64,000 nucleotides of DNA from Octopus bimaculoides (lineage: Eukaryota), in assembly GCF_001194135.2 (NCBI RefSeq), contig NC_068988.1, positions 71,480,802 to 71,544,801 of the forward strand. Direction: 5' to 3'. A program made the translations under genes and the position numbers. The number at the start of each line of letters is the position of its first letter. The stretch's first letter is position 1. Under the pieces are notes generated by a model, which worked only from the letters and a program-made list of their open reading frames with translations, had not been told where the DNA came from and searched no databases. This document shows positions 27,041 through 41,044 of the stretch, piece after piece.

Positions 27041-27399
27041 AACTTAAGATCTGAACATAGGGAAAATTACAACCAGTTTCATAAATCTGCCACCTATATC
27101 ACTTCCTCGTCTGAAAATACTTGCCGGATCGAAACCACTAGATTCTGAAGATGGGGAAAATGAGAAAAACAGCATTTAAATATTTCAGAGAGTGCGTAGA
27201 TTCATAATGAGAAATATTCATTCCTCAACACTAAAACAGAATTCATGTAATTTATATATATACTAAATGCAGAAAAACGGAGTGCAGTACACACAAAACA
27301 CTTGAACCCTCATAACACAATATTAATGAACCCAGAATGAGTAATATATCTTGACAGGACCAACGTACATCGACCATAGCAACATAACAAAACAAAACT

Positions 27400-29150
27400 C
27401 AGAGAAATAAATAAGAAATGTGAAAATAGCTTCAAGATAATTCCACAGGTGATCAGGAAAGTGGCCATGCCATTAGATTTCCAAGCTTACAGAGCTTCAT
27501 GACAACAGGAGTAACAAATGCACAGTTGCGTAAAATTGTCCATACAAACATAATATGTGAATACAAATAGTATACAAGAACATGTATAAGTAAAATACAA
27601 GCGGGATCTATAATATATTCTTTGAAATGACGCTCAAAATCAGTAGGACAAATAGCATAATTCAATCAATAACCATGTCAGTATGGAGAGAAAAGATTCG
27701 AACTTAATAGTTAAAGTTTTCCTGTGTCTAAGCCCACACACCCAAAAGTGAAAACGATAGATAATTTGGAAAAAATATTCGTGTTATTCTTCAGAAACCA
27801 ACTCAAACAACACAAAAACTATAAAATCAGGAATAGAGAAGACATCCTGAAAGCAAAGAAAACTTGAAAAGAATATCTGACAGCTGCGACATGATGGTTA
27901 AACTATTCGAAAAGGGTGAGCGCCATGTCGACCAGGATCATGCATTTAAATCGAATACAAAATATCCTACAGGGACATCAAGTAAAGAAAAAAATAGTTG
28001 GTTGAATGATTTACCAATTTTAACAGGAATACAAACACATTAGAAATACATACAGAAAGAAAATTCCGAGCCTAATAACATCATTGAAATGGTTCTACAA
28101 CTAACGGTGAACTGGCAAATGGAAAGCTTCCGGAATTAATGAATCTTCCAATTTTTGTTTAAGTTATATACATGAAGCTGAAACAATATTATTCAATGAG
28201 TTGGAGTTGCAACTGATAGCAAAGCCAACATCCGATTGATTAGTTGAGGAGAAAACAACTTCAAATTCCAAAGTAAAAACACCAAGAAACACACAACCTG
28301 TTAACCAAAAATAAACAATACTAAGTTCTATACTCTCCAATAGGCTGACTAGCCATCTTGAAAATAATATCTAAATATAAGAAATCAAATATGTCGGAGA
28401 AAGATATATGGAGGAAAAGAAGAGACATTGGTGTCCCGAACATTTACTGGAAAGACTATGCAAAATATACGACTATATGCATACCAGACTCCTGCATATC
28501 AGTGATAGTGTACACAAGGGAGATAGCAGTAATACTAAGACGATATATAATAGACGCCATGTCAAACTAGAAAACATTAATTGTAACTCAACTTAAAAAG
28601 ATGATAAAACCAATCCTTTTCTTATAACAAAAGATACCATTCGCTTAACTGATTTATTTTTGCTTCAAATTCATTAACAAATTTGTTGAATCAAATTAGC
28701 AAAGAATACAAATGCTATATGGAAAAGCTGTACAGTATCTCATTCATATTGATAATCTAAAACTACTGGCAAAACGATAATCGGCTATAGAACTATTTTC
28801 TCCATTCGAAAACCAACCAGAATCAGAAAACTTATATAAGAATGAAAACTATAGTAGTTACAGGCAAGAAGGAGCCTGGTACTGAAAGCAATCTGTTAGA
28901 GGGAAACCTAAGTAAGTCTAGAAAAATACGTAAAACCTTGCCCAGCATAAAGATAAACATAAAATAAAAACGAGAAGCCAATTAACCCCGGGAAAATATT
29001 GATAGTGACAAAACAACTGTAAAGGTACTTAAAGAAGGAAACATAAAATCAAGGAGACTCAAGATTATACAAAGAAGAAATGGGAGGGAAAGGATCTCTC
29101 TAAAGTAAAAACCCTGCAAATTTGGAATAGAGAAAGGGGACCAATATAAT
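27400..29150 (+). mobile_element. Decayed R4/Dong-like reverse transcriptase region
   Basis: IPDSCI...ILRRYIIDAMSN*KT and YLIHIDNLKLLAK (Y/FMDDLKL-like RT motif); many stops. Confidence 0.65.
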
Positions 29151-30012
29151 ATCAACAATATTTTACGTTACTAAATGTATTTCTATTTGACTAGGGACAC
29201 AAAAATGACTTGTTTTACAGGAGATATTAAAGCCTTGTTGTTATTAATTTGTATAGTAGTAAATAAAGTAAATTTGCTTCAAATTCTAATCGAATATACA
29301 CCAATTATTCGGTTAACTGAGAAGCTCTTACTCTAAGACCCAAACACAGACTGATAACAAGTAAAACTTGTCTTTGACACGGTACTATATTTCCCGGGTA
29401 GCACATATGATTCATTAGGAAGTCATGCTTTATTTATCAAGTGCTGAAAGAGTTAGTCAAATATTTTCTTTATTGTTACTCAGCGAATTGAAATAAAGTT
29501 TATTTTCTGAAATTTAATGCCATTAGCCATGTGATTTCGCAGAAGCTGTATTTCAGATTCATCTTTAAACCATTGGACTGCACTGCATATTTTTTGTTAA
29601 ATATACAATGTAATAGACAGGAAGAAAACACTCAACAAAATATCCAAATATCCTGAGAGATATGGTTATGTCATTCAGCTAAAGTGTAAATGTTTTTCAT
29701 TGCACTGCATTTGCCGTTCCCTAAGCGAATGTAGAGATGAAAGATGAAATGAAAGCTTGATCGAATAGGAGTTAATATATGCTTTCTCAGATATGAAGTT
29801 TGACACTTTAGTGACACTTCAATGGATATTCGAATCTGGCAGACCTCAAAAAAAAATATACTGAATTATATTATTTTAAAGGAGTTCTATAGATTTCTCT
29901 TGCTGGCTAAATGTATTGAATTGAAGTTATTCAGTTGATGGTGCATTATAAATGAATTTTGACATCTTTCATATTATTCTTATGTTTTTTTTATTATTAT
30001 TAATATTATTAA

Positions 30013-30455
30013 GGTGGTGAGCTGGCAGAAACGTTAGCACGCCGGGCGAAATGCTTAGCAGTATTCCGTCTGTCTGTACGTTCTTAGTTCAAATTCCGCC
30101 AAGGTCGACATTGCCTTCATCCTTTCGGGGTCGATAAATTAAGTACCAGCTGAGTACTGGGGACGATATAATCGACTTACCCCTCCCCTAAATTTCAAGC
30201 CTTGTAGCTATAGTAGGAAGGATTATTATTAGTAGTAGTCGTCGTAGTAGTTATAGTAGTAAAATGAATCGTTGGCACGCCGGTCAAATTGATTAGTATT
30301 TCGTCCGTCTTCACGTTCAGAGATGAAATACAGGCGAGGTCGACTTTGTCGTTCATCATTTCGGTGTCGGTGAACTAAATATTAATTGAGCTCTGAGGTC
30401 GAAATAATTGATTTAACCCCTCCCCGAAATTGCTGGTTTTGTGCCAAAATTTGAA
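30013..30455 (+). mobile_element. Two tandem copies of tRNA-derived SINE family C (30013-30225, 30265-30455)
   Basis: gagctggcagaaacgttagcacgccgggcgaaatgc...agttcaaattccgcc...catcctttcggggtcgataaattaagtacc; (ATT)n at the flanks. Confidence 0.85.
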
Positions 30456-31180
30456 ATTATTATTCTTTAATTTTAATCTGCATTTTTGTTACAATCACTC
30501 GCCGAGACACCCACCCTCCTAGATCAAGTAAAGGATAATAGATGTTACAGTATAACTGAAAGCTTTTTGAGTGGCAGGGGCAGTAGCGAAATATCTGCAT
30601 GTAATACAACACATACATTTAAATTGATAGGAGCATTCTAAGTTTGTGGGTAGTATTTATCAGCACAATCTTTGGATTTCTTTCAGACATGGTTCTCCTA
30701 TGATATTATCAAGACGTTTCTGACATCCCTTTCTCATCATACCTAGGACACCCACAATCACTGAAACAGTTCTCGCTTTAAGATGTTACATCTTTTGTAT
30801 CTCAATTGCCAGGTCTTTAGAGTTACTTAATTTTTATCAGTGGTAACATTTACATCTATTAGTCTACAAGTATTTTCTTCGCAGGCGTTAATTATCATGT
30901 ATGGCAGAGTAGCATGGATCGTTCTGTCAGTGTTGACTGGAAAATCATAGAGGATAGTGACATTTCAACGACTAGCCCAGGATGATGTTCATACCAGTAA
31001 GCAGGAGTGCTGATTTTGCAGTGTTTGAATATTTTCCAATGTAAATACTGTCCTGCCCTATCGTAACGATTTTTGTATTCGTTTGGTGTCAGCACAGGAT
31101 GCTCCGTTGCTTCATCAAATGTATCGCAGAATCCGCATTCAATAGCATTTGCCTGGTAGTTTTTGGTATGCAAGCTTTGA
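30456..31180 (-). mobile_element. R4/Dong-like LINE 3' portion (zinc knuckle, RLE nuclease, UTR)
   Basis: ECGFCDTFDEATEHPVLTPNEYKNRYDRAGQYLHWKI; continues to a C-terminal ...LRMLLSI*-like end and an aataataat tail. Confidence 0.8.
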
Positions 31181-32170
31181 TATTATTATTATTATGGTTG
31201 TTGTTGTTTTTGTTGTTGTTGTTGTTGTTGATATTCAGTACTCTTACTTTTATAAGAGCTTTCACTGAAATACCGAGCGGTATGTGCTGTGGTGCTGTTA
31301 TTTTCATTGTATTGAAAATGTATTACTAGGATGTGTGCGGTGTCTGGGAGTGCTATTTTCTGTATATTATATATACATGTATGTCCCGGTGATTTTGTTA
31401 TGTATTTGTCTGATTTTTTTTTTTCATACTTAATGCGCCTATTATGATAGGAATTGTTTTTGTTTTTAGGCTCAACATTCGAGTTACCTCTTTTTCCAGA
31501 TCTTTGTATTTTGATAGTTTCTCCGTTTCTTTCATCTGTCGAAAATGATACATCGATTAGACGCATTTTTTTCTTGATCTCGACAACTTTATCCGGCCTA
31601 TTGGCCTTAACGTCTCTAGCTGTGTGTATTGGCATATCCCAGAATATGGTTGTTTCTCATTTTTTGTGTCCTTTTCAGGGGTGTGCCTATACCATCTTTT
31701 TTCTATTGTTATTCGATAATGTTAGCATAGCTTCCAGTGTATATATGTCCCAACTCTTTCGTGTCTGTGAATATATTCCTTCTTAGCCAGGACTGGGCAG
31801 CCAGAGACAATATGATTTATTGCTTCTTCTACATCACCACATATTCTGCAGTTACTTGTATTTCTTTTCATTATGTATTCTTGGTGATTTCTAGTAGGAA
31901 GGCTTTGATTTTGTGCTGCAATTAAAAATCATTCAGTCTCTGCTTTGAGCCCTGAGCTTCTCAACCATTGTTGGGATTTTGATCTATGTATTTCTTTTCT
32001 GTTTAGCTTGATTTTATGTGCTATGTAACGGCTTTTCTTGCCATCATTTTATCACGATACGTTGCTGTTCCAGTTTTTGTTTGGATTTCGGTTGTTTTGC
32101 CGCTTTTGTGGTTTCTTCCTTCTCTTCGTAGTTGTTAAGGACTATGATGTGATTGGCTTACCCCTTCCCT
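31181..32170 (-). mobile_element. R4/Dong-like LINE 3' portion with (AAC)/(AAT) tail
   Basis: GLKAETE*FLIAAQNQSLPTRN..., CRICGDVEEAINHIVSGCPVLAKKEYIHRHERVG (CCHC), ANRPDKVV...RLIDVS (PD-D RLE), NIQKIALPDTAHIL. Confidence 0.88.
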
Positions 32171-32279
32171 TCGAAATTGCGTGCCTTTTTGCCTAAATTA
32201 GAAATAATTTATTATTCGGGTTGAGGATATGGACTAACCCGCTCACCTCGAAATCGCTTGTTTTGAGCATAAATTAGAA

Positions 32280-34330
32280 GAAAATATTGTTCTTTTATGC
32301 AGCACTTCTTCACAGTAATCATGTAAATGCAGATAAGATTTCTGAACAATATATGAATCATAAAGAAAAAAGCGAAAAACAGGACAGTAACTGTGCTTCG
32401 TTCTTTTCATCTATCGTATGCATGAAACGGCAAACGCGATAAGACATGGCACAGTTCCTTCATGAGCAATGAGTTCGAATATACAGTTGATCACACTTTG
32501 TTTCTCTGGACACTTTACTTTACGAATTACACCGAACAACAATTTCTTTAAAATTTTCCGTTGCTTGAGATGTTTTTACTTATTCTGTCGTTTTGTGTTA
32601 ATATCAAGTCTGTAATCAATTTTGCTGTCCATGCTCTAGTTTTCTTGCAATTTGAAGATTAACTTTTTATACATTTATAGTTAAATTTTACATATTGCGA
32701 TACATATATAGTCGTTACAAAGATTTGACAATTGTGTTTTATCATGGCTTCGTAACATTGACACAGATGTGTAAATAATCCTGATGGCTTCTGCAATGTC
32801 TATAGTTTCTTCAAATATATTCGTCAAATGATCAATGCCACATTGTTTGTGAGACGGTATTATAAAGCCCATTTTGGAATTGAAATTCTATTAAATGACC
32901 AAGACCAAAAATTGGCTCCTCATCTTGTATATCATATCATGAAGAAATGCTTCGTGACTGGATAAAAGGAAAACGGTTTGACGAGAGCCCAGGGAAGACA
33001 CAAGTCACTGCAACTATTGTATAGTCAACATAAAATGCATCGGCAAGAAAAAGAGGCGTAAAAATCTTATCCCAATATTCCTTCAGGAATTAGACCTATT
33101 ATGCACTCTGAGACACTCCTGGTTCCGGTTTTCCTGGGTTTACCTCTTCAGAAAATGAAGCTAGCGAACAAGATGATAACGAAGATCAAGTAATTACTTC
33201 AGAGTTTTTGCGGTGCCGAAAGAATTCAACTCCTAAACAGTTTAGCTAAACAGAACTGAACGATATGAGACTCTCCAAGGCTACAGCTAAAGTTTTAGCG
33301 TCCAGGCAGCAAGAAAAATATCTACTTGACCACACTGCAAAGATCTTTTATTTTCGAAAGCGAGACCAGATTTTTATGTCATATAATTTTTTTTTTTTTT
33401 CAGAAGAGAAACACTTTGTTTACTGCCATGATATTCTCAATCTTCTCCAGAAATTAGGAATCCCTTCGTACAGTTCAACTGACTGGCGACTATTTCTAGA
33501 TAGTTTAAAGCGCAGTCTAAAGTATGTTATCCTACACAATGGTAATGTTTATAGAGCTGTTCCTGTTGGTCAGTCAATGTGTTTGCAAGAATACACTGAC
33601 ATAAAAATAGTTATTGACCGACTACAATATCATGAGTACTAAACTCTATTTCCTACATAGTCACCTCGATCAATTCCCTGAAGACCTTGGAGTGCTGAAG
33701 AAAGAGAGTACTTCCACCAAGACTATGGAAGAGCGTTATCAAGAGTGATAGGACATAAACATGATGGTAGACTACTACTGATGCATTAAACGGGATTTTC
33801 CTGAGAAAGTCTACAAACGCAAGAGCTCCAAGCGCAAATTCTACTTGACCATACTGCAAAAAGTTCTTATTTTCGAAAGCGAGACCAGATTTTAATGTCA
33901 TTTTTATGCCTAAATAAGATCTATTCGTGTTTTATCTACCTTCCTAATCAGTTTTTCAAATATGTACACCTATCATTTGTTTATAATAAACATTTTCAAC
34001 TGATAAGAAGATGGTGCAAAAAATGGGAACGTTATAACATTTATTTTACTCAGCATCGGAATAAGAAATATCATTTTTATAGCCTGATTTTTATTATATA
34101 TTAACTCGTATATATGAATAAAATTAGAATCTCAATGCATAGACTTTTGTTATTTTCCACCTAGTTTGAAGATAGTATAACTAGAAAATTATCAGATGGA
34201 TTACCTCATATCTCGGGAAATCGAAATTTGGAAAACATAAAATCATTAATTGCCAAAAAACTAGAGCTTACGGAGAAAAACTAACTTCATTTGAATTCAG
34301 CACACTCAGATTTGGTAATACCAACTGTTG
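32280..34330 (+). mobile_element. Decayed, internally deleted DNA transposon, probably CMC/Chapaev3-type
   Basis: NNPDGFC..., DQDQKLAPH, YPNIPSGIRPIMH, then ORF 33265-33642 YCHDILNLLQKLGIPSY...WRLFLDSLKRSLKYVILHNGNVY; superfamily call is from motif recall; ends not defined. Confidence 0.65.
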
Positions 34331-35789
34331 GTATCAACATTTTTGCCAGTGTTATTTATTTTGTTTATCATATATAATTGTTTCTATATTCCGTGTCAAA
34401 ATGCACTTTGGTTAATTCCACTACCAGGTATATGTTTCAAAACTACTGGAAAAGTTATCAGGGGTATAATATTTGAATGCATAAATAACATTACGAAAAT
34501 CTCTAGAAATTTTATATTGAAGTCCGATTTGTAGTTCCGCCAACACATTAACCCTAATTGAGAAAAATATGATAATGAATAAAATAAAATTAAAAGGTTG
34601 AAACAAACTTTAATTTTCCTTTTCAAGTTGAATTTCTAATTATTTTGCATAGTTTAGAAATTTCACGTAGCACATGCGAGAGAAAGAGAATTAATGATTA
34701 TTAAATTTGGTAATTATTCTGTGATTCGAAACGTGAATATTAAGTAAAGAACGAACGTAAGAAAGAAAACTGAATAATTCATCAAGTTTCATGATATATT
34801 CTTTATTGGCATTTTCAGATTACAGGTTAAATGTTGCTTAATGGTAAATGAGAGATGCATTGTGAAATATAGCTGCCTATATTCTCTCTGAGAAATTTAT
34901 TAAAATGTTTTTATGCAATGAAATATAATCCTTATAAAGTTGGCATTATTGTGACTTCTATAAAGTTTGAAAATAAACTAAATGATTTAGAAATATTAGA
35001 TTTACTGACAAATTTGGAACAACTCGATATACATGCGATTTAATATGAAGATCGATAAATATAATTAATGAGCTTTCTTAATAATTTTTCAACTCTAGCT
35101 CGTTTGAAGAAATTACAATTAAAATTCATCCACCCATTTATATTTTCATAAGGAACATGCATATTATCGAAATCAGTGTAATAAATTTTCATTTTTCTAT
35201 TGCTTTTGCATTTGTTGTTAAGAATCGAATATTGTGCAATAAGAGGAAGCAAGTTTAATGGGAAGTGCTGTTGATTGTTTTTGTACACAACCGAAGGAAC
35301 AATGGCGGCAATTAGAAAAAATAACACTATTTATATAATAATGCCTTCCATTATTGCAGAGAAAGTTTTTTAAAATAGTCCATGTTCATTCATGTTCCTA
35401 GTTAGACATCTTTTGCTCAATTTAAAATATCAACACACTTTCTTTTTTTATGGAATGACCNNNNNNNNNNNNNNNNNNNNNNNNNNNNNNNNNNNNNNNN
35501 NNNNNNNNNNNNNNNNNNNNNNNNNNNNNNNNNNNNNNNNNNNNNNNNNNNNNNNNNNNNNNNNNNNNNNNNNNNNNNNNNNNNNNNNNATTGTTTTTGT
35601 ACACAACCGAAGGAACAATGGCGGCAATTAGAAAAAATAACACTATTTATATAATAATGCCTTCCATTATTGCAGAGAAAGTTTTTTAAAATAGTCCATG
35701 TTCATTCATGTTCCTAGTTAGACATCTTTTGCTCAATTTAAAATATCAACACACTTTCTTTTTTTATGGAATGACCCTGTTTTTCATAA

Positions 35790-35945
35790 ATCTTTTCTAC
35801 TCTAGGCACAAGGCCCGAAATTTGAGGGGAGAGGGCCAGTCGATTAGATCGACTCCAGTACGCAACTGGTACTTAATTTATCGACCCGAAAGGNNNNNNN
35901 NNNGCGTCCCGCGTGCTAACGTTTCTGCCAGCTCGCCGCCTTCCT
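35790..35945 (-). mobile_element. SINE family C copy
   Basis: ctctaggcacaaggcccgaaattt...ggtacttaatttatcgacccgaaagg...gctaacgtttctgccagctcgccgcc. Confidence 0.85.
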
Positions 35946-36559
35946 GTTGTTCATAAATGAATGAGACTGATAACTCTGTTTGCTAACTCCAGAGAATGGG
36001 TGCCTAAGGTCTTTTTGTTTTTATTGACTTATCTATAGAGTATCAGTGAACGAATTCGTGTGACGGCAATGCGAACGTTACTTTCTTGATCCAGATACAT
36101 AGCCGGTGGAGAGTTGACAGAATGAGTTGAAATCACCCCACTTTTTATCGAGCTTGAAGAGAGAATAGGAAAGTTGCCTTTGGAGGTCCCTGAATTCCGA
36201 CTGCAGAGACCCAGAACAAATACCGTAAGGCATTGTATTTGACATTCTAACGATTCTGCCAATTCGCCGCCTTAGTGGTTAAGGTGTAAAGTATTTAACT
36301 TCAACGTTGGGATATTTGTAGACTGCCCAAATTGTCTTATTGTAGAAGACAACAGCGGACATATATATATATTAGAATATAATGGAAATGCCATAAAGAA
36401 ATTTATGTAACTAGCGAGATGTTAAGGAGTTAATATTTCAGAGAAGGACTCAGGAACTTGGCCACGTATGTTGTAATTTTGCAAATGTATGAATTACAAA
36501 ATGTTTAGTTAATCCTCCTACATCAATACTTCTGAATTTAGCATCCATGAACATAGATA

Positions 36560-37822
36560 TAAGAAATAGATAATGCGAAAAGTCCATAGGCCGACCATGA
36601 TAAAACATGGAATGTAACCAAATGACGATAATTTTTCAACATTGTTGGCGTTATGGTCCGCACACTTCTTCCATCGGTGTTGCAGTGCTTGAATTCCATT
36701 AGTGAAGAAGTGTTCATCCCCTTGGTAAAAAGAAGTCATCGGCAGCAGATATGACATCATCATCAATGTGAGACTGCTTCCCTGCCAAGTGGTTATTTTA
36801 CATATTGGGGAATAGATGATAGTCAGGTGGATCCAAATCAAAAAATCGGGAGGTTGATCAATCAGCTCAAAGTCACAGTCACACACAGAAGCTATTGAAA
36901 TTAAGCACTTGCGGGCTGGAGCATTGTCCTGTTAAAATAAGATCCCTTTCGTCAGTTTTCCTTGGCGTTTGGTCTTGATAAACTTTTGTAACGGCTTCAG
37001 CAAGTTGACATAATATTCTTCATTGATAGCGTGACCTTTTTCGAGATAGTCAAAACACAATGCCTTTTGCTTCGCAAAAGGCTGAGGCCATCACCTACCC
37101 TGCAGTTGAAACGATGTTGGCTTCCGTTGATGCAGGTGGTGGGGAAGGATCTTTTTCACTGCATGAATCGTGTTTTTATCTCTAGCTGAAAGTGATTAAC
37201 ACAACACACATCCTGGACTAGGAAACGCTCCAGCTGGTTGCTGGATCGTCCTGAAACAAAGTCAGACTTCCCCATGATGTAATCAGCCGGGTATACATTT
37301 TATCAGGTATCAGAAGACATGACACCCTGGAACTTTGGTCATGCCAACTTCATTCTCAATTCTCTCATGGGATATGCTAAAAGATTAGTAATGTGATTTA
37401 TAGTCAATCGCTTTTCTTTTCATCAGTATGTGGTGAATGTGATCACTGTTTTCCTCGGTGGTGGCAGTTGCAGGACGTCCAGACCTTATTGAAGACTCTC
37501 ACTTCCCCTCCTAAATTCAGCTGCACACTTTTGCAACGTTGATAATGCTGGAGCATCATCTCCTAATGTAGCAAGCATGACTGCAAGAATATCGTTGTGT
37601 GCTAAACCTTTTTTCTACAGGTTCATGATAACACCACAATGCCAAATTTTGTTGATTTTCAAGAAAAGTCGTTATCAATTACTTTCGAAATTTTATTTGA
37701 GCAGTCAAATGTCATTTTACCTGGAAAGAAACAATGTAGATTTAAAATTAATATATGGAAGATTTCACAGATCTAGCATTGCTTCGTCGCAGCCAGCTCT
37801 TGAACTTTTCAATCCACCCTGA
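36560..37822 (-). mobile_element. Near full-length decayed mariner element
   Basis: C-terminal LIDQPP... and GDEHFFTNGIQALQHRWKKCADHNANNVEK; DPATS(DPETK-like) region; terminal gaacttttcaatccaccctg. Confidence 0.8.
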
Positions 37823-38312
37823 GAGGCTGAGTTTTTCTTCCAGCTTTGTTTCGGAAATTTTCATCTACGTTTTGGAGATTTACTTAATCCGATTCATTTT
37901 TTGTTGACTTATTTAAAGCAGACATGAATTTCAAATTTCTAATCAAGTGTTTCGGGTGCTTCCATTCCGTAAATAGTGCAAATGCGCTCTAAAATAAGCT
38001 CGAGAAGTTTACAAAGCAAAATAGTTTTTACAAATCAAGAAACTTTAAATATTTACGATATCTATGTACTTACCAGGCACAGCATCTGTATATGTTTCAA
38101 ACTATACTACATTATATGTTTCTTTTTTAATATGAAACGGTGTTAAGTAGCAACAATAACACGCTGAATATTCCTGATACCAACGTTAAAGGTACGTGTG
38201 CCTGTGAGGAGCTCAGCCACTTGTACGGTAATTCCAAGAGTAAGCTGCTCCGTTGATCGGATCAACTGGAACCTTCACCGTCGTAACCGACGGATTGGCA
38301 GTGTGTGTAGAT

Positions 38313-38443
<131 letters not shown>

Positions 38444-40993
38444 TGACATCCCAGGTACATTTCCATACTCAGAAAAGTGATATAGCCATAAGATGGCTAT
38501 ATAATATGTACAAGTACTAGTTTTTTTTTTGTTTTTTTTTTTAAATTGATGGAACTCTCCTCTAAAAGTTTAAAGTATGCTCCCGTATCATCGTTTAATA
38601 AGACCGAATAAATTCGTCATGGATCGTCTTTGAACTACCAAACAACGTACCACACCCAACTTTACATGCCCACATCTGCATAACTTATCTGATGATTGTT
38701 ATTGTTGTTCAAACATCGATCTAAGTATTTCTGAATTCTAAATATCCAGAAATGAAACCCTCTACAATTCCCTTTTAACATTTGCCCTAGAACCATTTAC
38801 ATAAACATCTGTTGCATCGATCTCACCAATCTCCATAGTATTTATTTACAATAGTTTAGATCGAACAGTTTCTGTGATGCTTTTAATTACAGATGTACGC
38901 TGATAACAGAAACGTATTTTTTACAATTCTAAGCTCAGAAATCTACAAACTAAATTAATGATCATCGGTTTATATATTAATTATTCATTACAAATATGCA
39001 ATTTTATATTTGATCCCCAACATCTGTTAGCATATTGTCATTCCTTGAATTATAGAGTCCTCTCAATATGAATTAGTTGAGATGACTTGAAACGCTTTCT
39101 CTCGTTCTTTATCTTTCCATTACTCTCACATCAAATTTCCTCCAAACTTTGACAGTAAAACGCCAGTTGTTGCCAGGTACAAATGGTTCTCATTTGCGCT
39201 ATTCATGATCATCCTAAAATATACTTTGTAATTTTAGAAAAGCATAATCGAATATTTACCTATGGATTCGATAATCTATTCATGGGATTGTATAATGAGA
39301 ACAAATGATTGATCACCTACAAGCATCGTTTTCTGACTTCACAAATTATTTTACAGCCACCGTTGTGTCTGCCTGTGAACATCTACAATTCATCACTATG
39401 AAAATGCCAAAGGAAGGCTTGGTTGGGGAAAATGTATCAATGATAATGCTCCCGTCTGGTGTTAGTTCAAAGATTGGAAACTGTATACTATATTAGCAAT
39501 ACGAACCAAGAAGTATATCACTACGCTGTCACCGGATCTGGTAGAAATACCAACCATATACTTCTTGAGATACACGATACTATCTTAGAAAACCAAAGAC
39601 AAAATAGATAATGTTTCTGGATATGTGTTTAGAATGTATCTGCTGCCCAAAGCCATGACACTAATGATGATAGGTGTCCTTCATTAAGGCTGCTTTGGGA
39701 CAAAACAACAATAACCTTGATTATACTATAGTGAAATCTGATTTTAATTAATTCAGAATATATAATCTGTGACAATGTTAATAAGAAATAATCCACCAAC
39801 ACATAAATTCTCTTAGGAAACACATGGGTTTAAGAGGGATCACATTTGATTTAATGCCTTCAGTGGGATTGTATTTGTATTTTTTGTATTTGCATTTTTG
39901 AACGTGCAGTTATATACAATCAATCAACTCGAGATTATATGTAACTCGATACTCAAAATCTCTTTCTTTGCCTTTTCAGTGTTGGTTTCCGACTGGAGAT
40001 AGATGCATGTTATATTCCAAGGAGACGTGGAACCTATTCTCAACAGAAAATCGGACTCAGGCGATGTAGTAAAATGGTTGTTGTTTAGAAAAACAGTAAA
40101 CACCAGCACAAGCCAAATGAAGATGTATCTAAACAGATATAGAAACAAATCTCTATCACATCACCAGAGACTGTTTTTGTTTTTTTGTTTTTTAAGAAGG
40201 AAAAACACATTGGCAAACGTGGGCTTAGGTGTGCTCTAGCTGGAAAGAATGACAAGATGCTAATGGGTAAACAACATATTTCTTTTTTATATATCAGGCA
40301 TAGGGGTAAATAGCACCAAAAGTAAAATCTAGCGGCTTATCTGAAGCAATAGTGGATTATGTAATATTTCATTATGAGATCTCGCCACTATATACTGATA
40401 CTTGATAGAATACTTGTATGCATACGTGAAATATATTAGTTCATACCAATTCTTCCATAGATACGCTCTTGTAACATTATAATTACGTCTAGGATAATTA
40501 CTAGATGGGATAGATAATGTTCGGAATTAGGTTATTTAAACATTAAACTGTTTGTAGATTACAAAAGGTAAGGATATTAAGATACACACACACACACACA
40601 GACACAGCACACACACACACACACACACAATTTTAGTGACTGTAAAACATATGTTGAAGTACATTTTAAAAAATTGGAAAACTTCCGCCTATATCTGATT
40701 AACTTGTTGGTAACTTTCCACCCTTATAATTTAAGATCTCCTTACTTTTTAATTTTTACTTTTTCGTTTTCTGCTTTTCGTTTTCCGTTTTTTAACATTC
40801 TACGTTTTCTATACGCTTCCTTCACGTTTCTGCTCGCATTTCTTCTCTAATTCAATTTTTAATTCGTTACGATATGTGGTTTGTGCCTGATGAATATATA
40901 TTTGAGGTATTTCTCAACATATGAAACTATTAGTAGCACATAAAGACATGTACTGTGTCTATTGAATAATATGTATGTGTGTGTGTGTGCATA

Positions 40994-41044
<51 letters not shown>

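Noticed and set aside
35590-35776. Exact duplication of ~35274-35460 across a gap
   Set aside because: Same contig-overlap pattern
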